A model generated the notes under the pieces. That model saw only the letters and a program-made list of their open reading frames with translations. It ran no database searches and was not told the DNA's origin. From positions 90,181-154,180 of the forward strand of contig JAJYMC010000062.1 of NCBI GenBank assembly GCA_021787335.1: a DNA stretch of 64,000 bases. Direction: 5' to 3'. Origin of the DNA: Bacillota bacterium (GTDB taxonomy: Bacteria; Bacillota; Sulfobacillia; JAJYWN01; JAJZPE01). Of this stretch, positions 46,580-57,174 are shown piece after piece. The stretch's first letter is position 1; each line of letters starts with the position of its first letter. Both the position numbers and the translations under genes were made by a program.

Positions 46580-48643
46580 GTGGGGAAGGTAAGCCGGGCT
46601 GCCGCGACGGCGCTGGATGACGTCCTGGGCCGTTACGCGGACGATGCCGCGGCGGTGGTCCGGGCCGTGGCCCGGGGCGAGTTGCCCGAGGCCGTCGCCG
46701 CGGTGACCGGGACCGAGCCCGGGCGCGCGACCGACTGGGCCGAGCCCGCCCACGGTTGGGCCGCGGCCGCCCTCGTCTATGAGAGCCTCCTCGGGGCGCG
46801 CCGGCGCCGGGCGAGAAAGGTCTCCGGGGCCTACTACACCTCGCGCCAACTGGTGGACCGCCTGGTCGACCTGACCCTGGCTCCCCTCCTTGAGCCGGCG
46901 GGCGACGGGCGGGCCGCGCGGGCTGCCCGCGGAGCCTCCGGAGCCCTCAAGCGGCTGCGCATCCTCGACCCGTGCGTCGGCGGGGGGGCCTTCCTGGTGG
47001 CCACCGCCCGGCGCTTGGGTAAGGCCTTCGCCGCGGCCGGGCTGCGGCCGGAGGCGGTCGCCGACTGCCTTTGCGGCGTCGACTCCGACCCGCTGGCCGT
47101 CGAGATCGCCGCCGGGGCCGTGGCCGAAGCCCTGGGTGTGCGGCCGGCCGACCTGGCGGAGCGGTTCGTCGTCGCCGACAGCCTCCTCGAACCGGACCTC
47201 AGCCGGTTCTTCACCGGGGTCGACCCGAAGGGCTTCGACGCCGTCATTGGCAACCCGCCGTGGGAGATCATCAAGCCCAACTCGCGCGAGTTCTTCGCGC
47301 AGTATGACCCGGCTTTTCGCGGCCTTCCCAAGCCGCGGGCGTTGGCTCGGGCCGCTGAGCTGTGCGCCGACCCGGTGGTGGCCCGGGCCTGGGCGGCCGA
47401 GCAGAGCCGCGTCGCCGCCCTGGCCACCCACGTCCGCACGGGCGGCCTTTTCCGAAAACAGGGGCCGAGCGGCGACTTCAACACCTACAAGCTCTTCTTC
47501 GAGCGGGCCATCGACCTGTGCCGCCCGGGCGGGCGCGTGGGGCTCATCCTGCCGTCCGGCTTCCACACCGACCTCGGAGCCCGGGACCTGCGCCGTCTGG
47601 CCTTCGAAGAGAACACCGTCCAGTACCTCCTGGGCTTCGAGAACCGGCGCGGCCTGTTCCCGATCGATCGCCGCTACAAGTTCGACCTTCTGGTCCTCAC
47701 CCGCGGCGGGCGGACCCGCTTCGTCCGCGCCGTCTTCATGGCCCACGACCCGGCCGCGCGCCCGGCGGTGACCGTCCGCCTGACCGACCTCAGGCGCTTC
47801 TCGCCGCGGAGCCTGTCCCTGCCTGAGTTCCGGTCGACCGCCGACGCCCGCGTCGCCGCACTGGCCTACGCCGGCAAGCCCCTCCTCGGCGAGACCCGCA
47901 AAGGCACATGGGCCCTCGACTTCCGCCGCGAGTTCGACCTGACCGTCCACAGCCATCTCTTCAACACCGACGGCCGGGGCTTGCCCCTGTGGGAAGGGAA
48001 GATGATCAACCAGTACGACCCGGCCTTCGCCGCCCCGCGCCATTGGATCGAGGAGGAGGCCGGCCGGCGAGTCCTCAGCGGGCGCCTGCCGGACGCCCCC
48101 GACCGCCCGCGCCTGGTCGTCCGCAGCATCGCCGCCAGCACCAATCAGCGGACCCTGATCGCCGCGGTGGTGCCGCCCGGACGCTTCCTGGGCAATTCGC
48201 TCCTCTATGCCAGCCATCGCCCAGCGAAGGGCCGGGGCGCCAGCGCGGGCGGCCACGCCCCGACCGAGGACGAGCTCCACTTCGCCGTGGCCCTCCTGAA
48301 CAGCTTCGTCCTGGATTTCCTGCTGCGGCAGAAGGTCTCGACCAACATCAACAAGTTCTACCTCGAGCAGTTGCCCTTCCCACGGCCATCGGCCGGTGAC
48401 CCGGCCTTCGACGTCCTGGCCGCCCTGTCCCGCCGCCTGACCCGCGCGGTGGCCCGCTCCTCGACCGGCCGAACGCTTGAGGGCCCGGTCCGCGCTGAGA
48501 TCGAGGCTCGTGTGGCCGTCCTTTACGGCCTCGACCGAGCGGCTTTCGAGCACGTCCTCATGGCCCCGCACGCCTTCCCGGCCGTCGACCGCCGGTTCAA
48601 GCTTCGTTGCCTATCGGCCTTCGAGGACATCTGCGCCACCTGA
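46580..48643 (+). CDS. Solitary N6-adenine DNA methyltransferase, Eco57I/TaqI-like (gamma-class N6_Mtase with TaqI_C-type target-recognition domain); no nuclease domain
   Basis: Motif X GAYYTSRQLVDRLVDL, motif I ILDPCVGGGAFLV, motif IV VIGNPPWEI. C-terminal region LLNSFVLDFLLRQKVSTNINKFYLEQLPFP. 687 aa. Confidence 0.75.
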   Translation: MGKVSRAAATALDDVLGRYADDAAAVVRAVARGELPEAVAAVTGTEPGRATDWAEPAHGWAAAALVYESLLGARRRRARKVSGAYYTSRQLVDRLVDLTLAPLLEPAGDGRAARAARGASGALKRLRILDPCVGGGAFLVATARRLGKAFAAAGLRPEAVADCLCGVDSDPLAVEIAAGAVAEALGVRPADLAERFVVADSLLEPDLSRFFTGVDPKGFDAVIGNPPWEIIKPNSREFFAQYDPAFRGLPKPRALARAAELCADPVVARAWAAEQSRVAALATHVRTGGLFRKQGPSGDFNTYKLFFERAIDLCRPGGRVGLILPSGFHTDLGARDLRRLAFEENTVQYLLGFENRRGLFPIDRRYKFDLLVLTRGGRTRFVRAVFMAHDPAARPAVTVRLTDLRRFSPRSLSLPEFRSTADARVAALAYAGKPLLGETRKGTWALDFRREFDLTVHSHLFNTDGRGLPLWEGKMINQYDPAFAAPRHWIEEEAGRRVLSGRLPDAPDRPRLVVRSIAASTNQRTLIAAVVPPGRFLGNSLLYASHRPAKGRGASAGGHAPTEDELHFAVALLNSFVLDFLLRQKVSTNINKFYLEQLPFPRPSAGDPAFDVLAALSRRLTRAVARSSTGRTLEGPVRAEIEARVAVLYGLDRAAFEHVLMAPHAFPAVDRRFKLRCLSAFEDICAT

Positions 48644-48774
48644 CCAGCCCGGCGAGGAAAAGCCAGGCCGCTTTACCATCTAAAAGCGACCCCGCGGCGG
48701 AACTTTGGGGCGATCCATGTCGTCATACGGATTGGCCGCCAAGGCGGCTATCCCGATGAAAGAAGGCCGTTCCC

Positions 48775-49866
48775 GTGAGAGCCCGACTCACCACGACCGT
48801 GCTCATCATCGCCATCCTACTGGTCCCCGCGCTTGGCGGCTGCCGGCGCGCGCCTTCCGGGCCCGTCTCCAGCGCGACCCTTCCGCGGCAGGTCCACATG
48901 CTCGACGCCAATACCGGCTGGGGCCTCAACGGGCCGTTGGTCCTCCGCACCACCGATGGCGGCACCACATGGTACGATGTGACCCCCAGGGCCGCCGGGG
49001 CATCCATCATCGGCACTGATTTCTCCGACGCGGGCCACGGTTGGCTGGCCACCGTCGCCAACGAAGCCGGCCCGCTGACCATCTACCGCACGGCCGATGG
49101 GGGGAAGTCGTGGGCCAAGACGACGACCAACCTCACCACCATGGGCGCCCAGGTCCGGTTCGTCGACGCCACGCACGGCTGGATCCTCGTCAACCAGGGG
49201 GTGGCCGCGGGCAGCGAGGGCGTGGTTCTTCTGCGTACCCTGGACGGCGGGGCTTCGTGGACCGTGGTCAACCAGACCGCCCCGCAGAACCCGGCCCCGG
49301 GTCAGATCCCCTTCGGGGGCGGCAAGACCGGCTTCGCCTTCAGCGATGACAAGCACGGCTGGCTGACCGGCTACCAGCCGGTCGAAGGCCACGCCTACCT
49401 CTTCGCCACGGGCGACGGCGGCGCCACCTGGCAGCCCGCCGACCTGAAGCTTCCCAAAGACTATGCCCACTCCTGGTTGAGCACGCAGTCGCCGCTGTTC
49501 TTCTCGGCCACCGACGGCCTGCTCCCCGTGGTCTTCGGCGAACAGGGCCAGCCGACGGTCTTCTACGTCACCCACGACGGCGGGAAGACCTGGGCGCCCG
49601 GCGCTCCGGTCGTCTCGCCCGGCAACAACTCCTTCCTCTGGAGCTTCGCCGACGTCAAGCACGGCTTCGCCACCGACGGCGACCACCTCTTCGCCACGGC
49701 GGACGGCGGCGCGTCGTGGACCGAGGTGCGGACGGACCGCACCCTGGCCGGTACCACTCAGCTCTGGTTCGTCTCCGATCAGGTCGGCTGGGCGGCCAGC
49801 GACACCGTCCTCCTGAAGACCACGGACGGCGGTAAGACCTGGGCGATAGTCAAGCCGGGGAAGTGA
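48775..49866 (+). CDS. Lipoprotein with seven BNR/Asp-box repeats (Ycf48-like beta-propeller)
   Basis: Lipobox LVPALGGC. Repeats TDGGTTW, ADGGKSW, LDGGASW, GDGGATW, HDGGKTW, ADGGASW, TDGGKTW. Confidence 0.65.
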   Translation: MRARLTTTVLIIAILLVPALGGCRRAPSGPVSSATLPRQVHMLDANTGWGLNGPLVLRTTDGGTTWYDVTPRAAGASIIGTDFSDAGHGWLATVANEAGPLTIYRTADGGKSWAKTTTNLTTMGAQVRFVDATHGWILVNQGVAAGSEGVVLLRTLDGGASWTVVNQTAPQNPAPGQIPFGGGKTGFAFSDDKHGWLTGYQPVEGHAYLFATGDGGATWQPADLKLPKDYAHSWLSTQSPLFFSATDGLLPVVFGEQGQPTVFYVTHDGGKTWAPGAPVVSPGNNSFLWSFADVKHGFATDGDHLFATADGGASWTEVRTDRTLAGTTQLWFVSDQVGWAASDTVLLKTTDGGKTWAIVKPGK

Positions 49867-49883
49867 CCCGGCGAGCCGGGACT

Positions 49884-49930
49884 AAAAAAAAGAACCGGGG
49901 CCATCCTCACGGACGCGCCCCGGTCTTTGT
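49884..49930. terminator. Bidirectional intrinsic terminator between convergent genes
   Basis: A8 run, accggggc-(15 nt loop)-gccccggt, then ctttgt. Confidence 0.55.
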
Positions 49931-49961
49931 CAGGTTGCCTTGCTCTAAGCCTTACCCTATG

Positions 49962-51020
49962 TTACTTGATGATGTAAACCTGCACATCCTGGAAGCCGAA
50001 GTCCATGACCGCTTGCGTACTGGCCTCGATGTAGATGTCGACGCGGTTGCCCTTGATGGCGCTCCCGGTGTCGGCCGCGATGCCGACGAACCCTCCGGAC
50101 GGTAGGTTCGGATGGTTGTACCCGGTCACGTAGACCTTGGTCCCCAGGGGGATGACCGTCGGATCGACGGCGATCATGCCGGGGGCCAGGCGGGCACCCT
50201 TCCAAGCGGCGTACGGTCCCCACTGGCCGTTCGACTGCGGCGTCGCGTCGTAGGCCGTGGCCACCAGGTCGAACTTCCGGCTGTAGGTCAGGACCTTGCC
50301 ATCAGGCGTCGTGACGGTGTTGGCGGGCTTGGTGCCCCCGCCCGACGTGTTACCGCCGGACGTGCCGGTCGTTGAGCCGCCCGTGTTGCCACTTGCGGCG
50401 CCGCCCGACGTGTTACCACCCGCCGTATTCCCGCCCGCCGGGTTCCCAGCGGGCGCGGGGCTGCCGATGACGCTCAGCCCCCTGGCGATGGTGTCGAAGG
50501 TGGCTTGGTCGACGACCTCGGTCACGTCCAGGCTGGCGGCCTGCTGAAACTGCAAGACGGCGGTCGCCGTCTCGCCCATCAGCACGCCGTTGATCGGCCC
50601 GACGTCATAGCCCAGGGCGGCCAGGTTCCGTTGCAGTGTCTCCACCGCCGGCCCGGCGTCGCCGACCGTCAGGTTCTGCGTCCCGTAAGCTTTGGTCACG
50701 TGGTTGAACCAGTCGTAGATGGCGGTTTGAATCGCCGTCCGCGTCGCCGGTCCGACCACGCCGTTGACCGTCAGACCCTGAGCGGCCTGAAAGGACTTGA
50801 CCCTGGCCAGGGTCACCGGCCCGAAGTAACCGGTGTACATCTTCACGGGATAGCCGAGGAGGTCCAGGTCTGATTGGAGCACGGACACCTGACTGGAATC
50901 GTCGCCATAGGCGAGCCGATCGGTCAGGGGAGCCGCTGACGTTGCCCGGGGCCCGAGGGCCAGGGCGGCGGCCAGGACCAGCCCACCGGCGGCCAGGAGA
51001 AGGCCTCGGTGATGCTTCAA
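49962..51020 (-). CDS. Secreted cell-wall protein: two peptidoglycan-binding (PG_binding_1-like) domains, Gly/Asn/Thr-rich linker, C-terminal 3D domain (YocH/MltA-like)
   Basis: TTG start 51020 with AAGGAG 8 nt upstream. LTDRLAYGDDSSQVSVLQSDLDLLGY and GDAGPAVETLQRNLAALGY repeats. C-terminus ...YVTGYNHPNLPSGGFVGIAADTGSAIKGNRVDIYI... is a 3D-domain signature. Confidence 0.7.
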   Translation of the reverse strand: MKHHRGLLLAAGGLVLAAALALGPRATSAAPLTDRLAYGDDSSQVSVLQSDLDLLGYPVKMYTGYFGPVTLARVKSFQAAQGLTVNGVVGPATRTAIQTAIYDWFNHVTKAYGTQNLTVGDAGPAVETLQRNLAALGYDVGPINGVLMGETATAVLQFQQAASLDVTEVVDQATFDTIARGLSVIGSPAPAGNPAGGNTAGGNTSGGAASGNTGGSTTGTSGGNTSGGGTKPANTVTTPDGKVLTYSRKFDLVATAYDATPQSNGQWGPYAAWKGARLAPGMIAVDPTVIPLGTKVYVTGYNHPNLPSGGFVGIAADTGSAIKGNRVDIYIEASTQAVMDFGFQDVQVYIIK

Positions 51021-51039
51021 GTAATCGACTCCTTTCCCT

Positions 51040-51210
51040 TTTCTTAGCCGCCGAGGTTAGTTGACGGGTTAGGACGGAGGAATAACCGCCCTCGAGCGCC
51101 GCCCGGTCAGGGCTTGTCCGCGATGACAACTCGACCGGTCGGGAGGCCGCCCGTTCACCCCAGATGCGTATCCCCCGGTCCCTCGCTGCCGCGGTCGTCC
51201 GAGCAACCGC
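51040..51210 (-). ncRNA. c-di-AMP (ydaO/kimA-type) riboswitch candidate in 5' leader of 3D-domain protein gene
   Basis: Minus strand: ...ACCGGGGGAUACGCAUCUGGGGUGAACGGGCGG...CCUAACCCGUCAACUAACCUCGGCGGCUAAG-AAAAGGGAAAGGAG. Resembles the conserved ydaO blocks as recalled from T. tengcongensis/B. subtilis: ACGGrGGAnCC, UGGGGUGAAUC and CCCGAC/CCGAACCnGUCAGCUAACCUCGUAAGC. Confidence 0.5.
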
Positions 51211-51245
51211 GTGCCTGGATTAACGAGAGATTAGGCTGTATGGTA

Positions 51246-51273
51246 ATAATACCAGGTAGCTCTGGCAAAGTCA
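51246..51273 (-). promoter_or_regulatory. Promoter for riboswitch-3D-domain gene
   Basis: Minus strand TGACTT-N16-TATTAT with extended TG (ctggTATTAT); -10 is the complement of 51246..51251. Confidence 0.4.
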
Positions 51274-51316
51274 TTCGCCGAGAGCCGCGCTCTTGTGTCC
51301 GTAGCTGGGGAGTTAA

Positions 51317-51346
51317 CGTAAAACGCCCGCCGTCAGGCGGGCGTTC
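51317..51346 (-). terminator. Rho-independent terminator after oppF-like gene
   Basis: Minus strand aacgcccgcc-tgac-ggcgggcgtt, then TTTAC. Confidence 0.6.
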
Positions 51347-51415
51347 GCAACTTCTTTCAAGCTCAGGGGGAGATTCCAGGATCGTCCAGACGGGAGCCCC
51401 GCGGGACTGGCGGCC

Positions 51416-52437
51416 TCAGGCCAGGTGGCAGGCCACCTCGTGACCGTCGGCGATCTTCCGCAGCTCCGGCTCTTCCTGTCGGCAACGGTCGGTGGTATAG
51501 GGGCAGCGGGTGTGGAACCGGCAGCCCGACGGCGGGTTGACCGGGCTCGGCACGTCGCCCTCGAGGATGATCCGCTCGCGGTGCCCCTTCGGGTCGGGGA
51601 TGGGGATGGCCGAGACGAGGGCCTTCGTATACGGGTGGGCGGCCATCCGGTAAAGCTCGTCGCCCGGGGCCATCTCGACCAGCTTGCCGAGGTACATCAC
51701 GCCGATGCGGTCGCTGACATGCTTGACCACGTGGAGGCCGTGGGCGATGAAGAGGAAGGTCACGCCCAGGTCGGCCTGGAGGTCGGAGAGGAGGTTGAGG
51801 ATCTGCGACTGGATGGACACGTCGAGGGCCGAGACCGGCTCGTCGGCCACGATCAGCTTCGGGTTCATGGCCAGGGCGCGGGCGATGCCGATGCGCTGCC
51901 GCTGCCCGCCGGAGAACTCGTGGGGGAAACGGCGGGCGTGGGCGGCCTGCAGGCCGACCCGGTCGAGGAGGTCCATGACCCGCTTGTCGCGTTCCTTGCC
52001 GCGGGCGATACCGTGGAAGGCCATGGCCTCACCGACGATGTCGAGGACCGTCAACCGCGGGTTGAGCGAGGCGTACGGGTCCTGGAAGATGACCTGCATC
52101 TGCGGACGCCGCCGCCGCAGCTGGTTCTTGTTCAGCTTGACGAGGTCGGTGCCGTCGAACCAGACCTGGCCCGAATCGGGCTCGATGAGGCGCAGCATGG
52201 TCCGGGCGACGGTGGTCTTGCCGCAGCCGGACTCGCCGACCAGCCCGAGGGTCTCCTGGCGGGCGATGCTGAAGCTGACGTTGTCGACGGCCTTCAGGTG
52301 GGCCACCGGCCGGCTGATGATGCCGCCCATGATGGGGAACCACTTGACCAGGTTGCGGACCTCGACCAGGTTGGCCGGGTCGGGCTTGTAGGCCTGGGCC
52401 TGAGCCTGGGCCTCGATCAGCTTGCGGGCGGGGACGC

Positions 52438-52441
<4 letters not shown>
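51416..52441 (-). CDS. Oligopeptide/dipeptide ABC transporter ATP-binding protein (OppF/DppF-like)
   Basis: Walker [18 protein letters not shown] signature, C-terminal oligopeptide-ABC extension with Cys pair. ATG 52441 with GAGGAGG 8 nt upstream, adjacent to the upstream stop. Confidence 0.8.
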
Positions 52442-53502
<1,061 letters not shown>

Positions 53503-53516
53503 TCCGCCCAGTTAGG

Positions 53517-54722
53517 CTATTTAATCACGCGCCTAGCACCAATGTACTGTTTATCCAGAGTAGCGCTGAAATCCTTGTCGTTTGGGCTGAAACTATAAAC
53601 TACCACACCGGCGCTGGCCGCGTTGATGTAGCGGTCATTGCCGATATAGATGCCGACGTGCGACGGGCCGGACTTGTAGGTGCTGAAGTAGACCAGGTCA
53701 CCCGGTTTGAGCTGCGACCGGTCGGGGACCGGGTCGCCCACGGCGTACTGCATGTCGGCGTCCCGCGGGAGGTCGTAGCCGTTGGTCCGGAAGGCGAACT
53801 GGGTGAAGCCGGAGCAGTCGAAGCCCCGGCCGCTGGTCCCGCCCCAGAGGTAGGGGAGGCCCAGGAAGAGCTTGGCCGTGGCGATGACCCCGTCGGGGCC
53901 GCGTTTGGCCGCGAAGACCTGCTGCTCGGCCGGGGACAGACGGATGGCCGCCACATCGACCCAGCCGCTCTTGCCCCCCGGCAGGAGGACCTTGGCGAAG
54001 CCGGACTTGGCCGGTTCCGCCGGGGCGGGCAGGTCGGTCCCGATGGTCGCCTCGGCCAGGACCTTGGCCCCCTTGGAGGGGTTCTCGTAGACCCGCGTCG
54101 TCCGGGCGGTGACGACGGCCCGCTGTCCGGTGAGCCAGGCGTCCAGGCCGGCCCTATCGACGATGGTCAGGCGGGCGGCCGCCACCCAGCCGAGGTAGCC
54201 GTCGTACTCCAAGCGCACGCGGTACCAGCCGTCCTTCTCCTGGAGGAGGTCGACGGTCATCCCCAGGAGGCCCTGGGTGACGAGGTGCTTGCCCTCGTCC
54301 GCGCCCGGGCCGTCGCCCAGATTGACCACGGCCTGGTTGAGCACGGCGTACTTCTTGGCGCCCAGCTTCGCCTCGGGCAGCAGGGCCAGCCGGTCGACGA
54401 CCCGGCGGACCCCTTCGACCTTGGCCACCGACGAGGTGACCACGGTCCGGACCTTCTCGTCGCTGACGGCTCCGTTCAGGGTGACCACGCCGCGGCGGGC
54501 GGCGGGCGAGACGTCGGCCACATAGAGCCGCGAGTCGAGGTCGGCCGCGCCGACGGCCTTCTCGATGGCCTTCTGCGCGTCCGCCGTGAGTTTGTCGTCC
54601 GGCACCTTCGGCCCGCGCAGGGCCATGAACGCGCCGACGGCGAGGCCGATGACAAAGACAGCTCCGATGATTGCTCCGATCATGATCAGGCGTCGTCTCG
54701 CTTTTCTGCGGAGTGGTGACAT
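53517..54722 (-). CDS. NlpC/P60 (C40) family peptidoglycan peptidase with N-terminal TM anchor, BON-like and SH3-like domains
   Basis: C-terminal ...LPYLWGGTSGRGFDCSGFTQFAF...GDLVYFS...HVGIYIG (Cys-His catalytic motifs). GGGAGG 5 nt before ATG 54722. Confidence 0.75.
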   Translation of the reverse strand: MSPLRRKARRRLIMIGAIIGAVFVIGLAVGAFMALRGPKVPDDKLTADAQKAIEKAVGAADLDSRLYVADVSPAARRGVVTLNGAVSDEKVRTVVTSSVAKVEGVRRVVDRLALLPEAKLGAKKYAVLNQAVVNLGDGPGADEGKHLVTQGLLGMTVDLLQEKDGWYRVRLEYDGYLGWVAAARLTIVDRAGLDAWLTGQRAVVTARTTRVYENPSKGAKVLAEATIGTDLPAPAEPAKSGFAKVLLPGGKSGWVDVAAIRLSPAEQQVFAAKRGPDGVIATAKLFLGLPYLWGGTSGRGFDCSGFTQFAFRTNGYDLPRDADMQYAVGDPVPDRSQLKPGDLVYFSTYKSGPSHVGIYIGNDRYINAASAGVVVYSFSPNDKDFSATLDKQYIGARRVIK

Positions 54723-54975
54723 GCGCGCCTCCCGTCGTGGTCAAGCAGCCGCAGACAAGCGGCCCTCAGTTCTTCAGTCGCGGATCGAGCGCGTCCCGGA
54801 GCCCGTCGCCGAAAAGATTGAAAGCGAAGACAACTATCATTATAGCGACCCCGGGGAAAATCGAGAAGTAGGGCCTTGATTTTCCGCCAAAATCGCTGAA
54901 GTTTAATGGACAGAATTCACTGGCAAAAGGTCTATTGACAGCGACGACGAAGATACGTGGCTCGGAGGTATCCCC

Positions 54976-56208
54976 ATGGGTCGATTGCGCGGCCGCCTGA
55001 AGCCACATAAGGACGCCATCATCATCGGGCTGTCACTCCTCTTGTGGAGTCTCGGGCTGGGCCTGTACAACTTCATCTGGCCGGCCTATGTCCGCGGGCT
55101 CGGGGCCACGGCCGTCGACTACGGCCTCCTGGTGGCCATCGGCATGCTGGCCTCCAGTGTGGCGTCCCTGCCCGGCGGGGTCTGGGCCGACCTCTATGAC
55201 CGCAAGGCCGTCCTCATCATCGGCTGGGCCGTGGCCCTGCCGGCCCCGATCATCTACGCCTTCGCCCCCGACTGGCGCTGGCTCGCCGCCGGGCTGGTCT
55301 TCTACATGGTCTCGGCCGGGTCGAACCCGGCCCTGCAGGCCTACATCGTCCATGCGACGCCGCCCGAGCGCCTGGGGGCGACCTTCAACCTCGTCTTTGC
55401 CGGCTTCCCGCTGGGCCTCGTCGTCTCGCCGCCGATCGGCGGCTGGATGGCCGAGCGCTATGGCATGCGGACCGTCTTCTATGCCGCCTTTGTCTTCTAC
55501 CTGCTCTCGACGATCATCCTCTTCTGGCTCAGCGGACAGCGCGCGGCGGTCGGGGCGCGGGCGGGATGGGCCGAGGCCTTCGACCCGCGCGTCTGGCTGA
55601 AGGGGTTCAGCCGAGCCAACCTCAACCGGCAGGTCCTGGTCGTCTCGGCCGCCTTCGCCGCCGCCCTGGCCATCCAGCAGGTCGGCCTGCCCTTCGCGAC
55701 GCCGCTCCTCCAGGACCTGACCGGTCTGGACCTGGTCGCCGTCGGCCGCCTTGGTTCCGTGGCGGCTCTGTCGGCCTTCGTCCTGTCGCCGCTCATCGGG
55801 CGGCTGGCCGACCGCGTCGGCCACGCCGAGACATTGGTCGTTTCACTCTTCATCTTCGCCGCTTCGATGGCCCTCGTGGCCGCCTTCCCGGCTTCTCTGC
55901 CGCTGGTGATGATCGGGTTCATTCTGCGCGGGGCGGGCGACGGGGCCCGCGGGCTGATGACCGCCGGCGTAGGTCGGTTCATCGGCAAGGCCGCCCTCGG
56001 GCAGGCCTACGGCGTCTATAACGTCCTCGTCGGGCTGTTCTCCATCGTCACCCCGTACGCCGGCGGGTGGCTCTACGAACTGGGCCCTACCTGGCCTTTC
56101 TGGGTCACGGCGGGGCTGACGGCCCTGGTCGCCTTCCCGCTCGCCCCGCTGATGGACCCGACCGTTCGACACGGGGGAGGAACGGCGCCGGGGGGCGGAG
56201 AAGGGTAA
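54976..56208 (+). CDS. MFS transporter
   Basis: 410 aa, 12 predicted TM. Confidence 0.7.
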   Translation: MGRLRGRLKPHKDAIIIGLSLLLWSLGLGLYNFIWPAYVRGLGATAVDYGLLVAIGMLASSVASLPGGVWADLYDRKAVLIIGWAVALPAPIIYAFAPDWRWLAAGLVFYMVSAGSNPALQAYIVHATPPERLGATFNLVFAGFPLGLVVSPPIGGWMAERYGMRTVFYAAFVFYLLSTIILFWLSGQRAAVGARAGWAEAFDPRVWLKGFSRANLNRQVLVVSAAFAAALAIQQVGLPFATPLLQDLTGLDLVAVGRLGSVAALSAFVLSPLIGRLADRVGHAETLVVSLFIFAASMALVAAFPASLPLVMIGFILRGAGDGARGLMTAGVGRFIGKAALGQAYGVYNVLVGLFSIVTPYAGGWLYELGPTWPFWVTAGLTALVAFPLAPLMDPTVRHGGGTAPGGGEG

Positions 56209-56245
56209 AACTGGCCTTGGGGTCTTAGCGACTCCATTTTGTTTC

Positions 56246-56285
56246 GGCCGGGTCCGCCCTCTGGGCGACCCGGCCCCATTTTGTG
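56246..56285 (+). terminator. Intrinsic terminator after MFS gene
   Basis: ggccgggtc(c)gccc-tct-gggcgacccggcc, then ccattttgtg. Confidence 0.5.
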
Positions 56286-56378
56286 CCTGGCCGAGAGCCG
56301 TCTAGCTGAGGTTATGCTGAGCGAACAGGACGAGCGCCGCTCGGCAGGAGTGGACGGGCGGCCGGCGAATCCCATCCA

Positions 56379-56428
56379 CTGGTCTGACCAGCAGACATGA
56401 CAACCAGGTGGTGCAGATGACCAATGGT
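56379..56428. promoter_or_regulatory. Three GntR/FadR-type palindromic operator-like sites overlapping the regulator gene start
   Basis: CTGGTCtGACCAG (56379..56391), ACCAggTGGT (56403..56412), GACCAaTGGTC (56418..56428); these fit the GT-N-AC core of GntR-family operators. Confidence 0.4.
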
Positions 56429-57161
56429 CAAGACGACGGCGCCGACCAGTGAGGGACCGGATCTGGAACGGACCTTCACGACCATCACCCGTGAGCGCAT
56501 CTTCGAGAAGATCGTCGACCAGATCGTCGACCTCATCCGCCGCAACAAGTACCGGCCGGGCGACGCCATCCCGAGCCAGCGCGAACTGGCTCAGGTCCTG
56601 AAGGTCAGCCGGACGGCCGTCCGCGAGGCCATGACCGTCCTCGAGAAGGCCGGCCTGCTCGAGGTCAGGGCGGGGGCCCGGACCATCGTCCGTCGCTCGC
56701 CCGGGCCCGACCAGGAACCCCTCGACTTCGCCGGCCTGATGAGCAAGGCCGACCTGGCCCAGCTCCTGGAACTGCGGACGATGCTCGAGGGCGAGGTGGC
56801 CGCCGCGGCCGCGGACAAGGCCACCGACGAAGAGCTGGTCCGCGTGGCCGAGGCGGTCGAGGCCATGGAGCGGGCCGTCGCCGCCGGGCGCCTGGACACC
56901 GACGAGGACTACACCTTTCACGTGCAGGTCACCCTGGCCTGCCACAACCCGATCATCTTCAAGTTCTGGAACGCCCTCTCCGATCTCATCAGCCGGGAGA
57001 TCCTTCACTGCCGTCTGCAGAGCCTGGCCCGCGGCCAGACCGGGCTGGCCGCCACCGAGCACCGCGAGGTCTTCGCGGCCCTCCGGGCCCGCGACGCCGA
57101 AGGGGCGCGACGGGCCATGCGGCGGCACCTCATGAACGTCAAGGCCCGCTACGGGGTCTGA
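56424..57161 (+). CDS. GntR-family (FadR/FCD subfamily) transcriptional regulator, LldR/PdhR-like
   Basis: N-terminal wHTH (IPSQRELAQVLKVSRTAVREAMTVLEKAGLLE) plus all-helical FCD domain. Directly upstream of the larA-like/glcD/glcF genes. Confidence 0.7.
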   Translation: MVKTTAPTSEGPDLERTFTTITRERIFEKIVDQIVDLIRRNKYRPGDAIPSQRELAQVLKVSRTAVREAMTVLEKAGLLEVRAGARTIVRRSPGPDQEPLDFAGLMSKADLAQLLELRTMLEGEVAAAAADKATDEELVRVAEAVEAMERAVAAGRLDTDEDYTFHVQVTLACHNPIIFKFWNALSDLISREILHCRLQSLARGQTGLAATEHREVFAALRARDAEGARRAMRRHLMNVKARYGV

Positions 57162-57174
57162 GGGGGGAAGCCGC

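Noticed and set aside
46436-46580. Promoter call for the divergent S8 peptidase / methyltransferase intergenic region (catagtatcat -10-like element)
   Set aside because: No convincing -35 at a 16-18 bp spacing could be found in either direction, so it was left unannotated.
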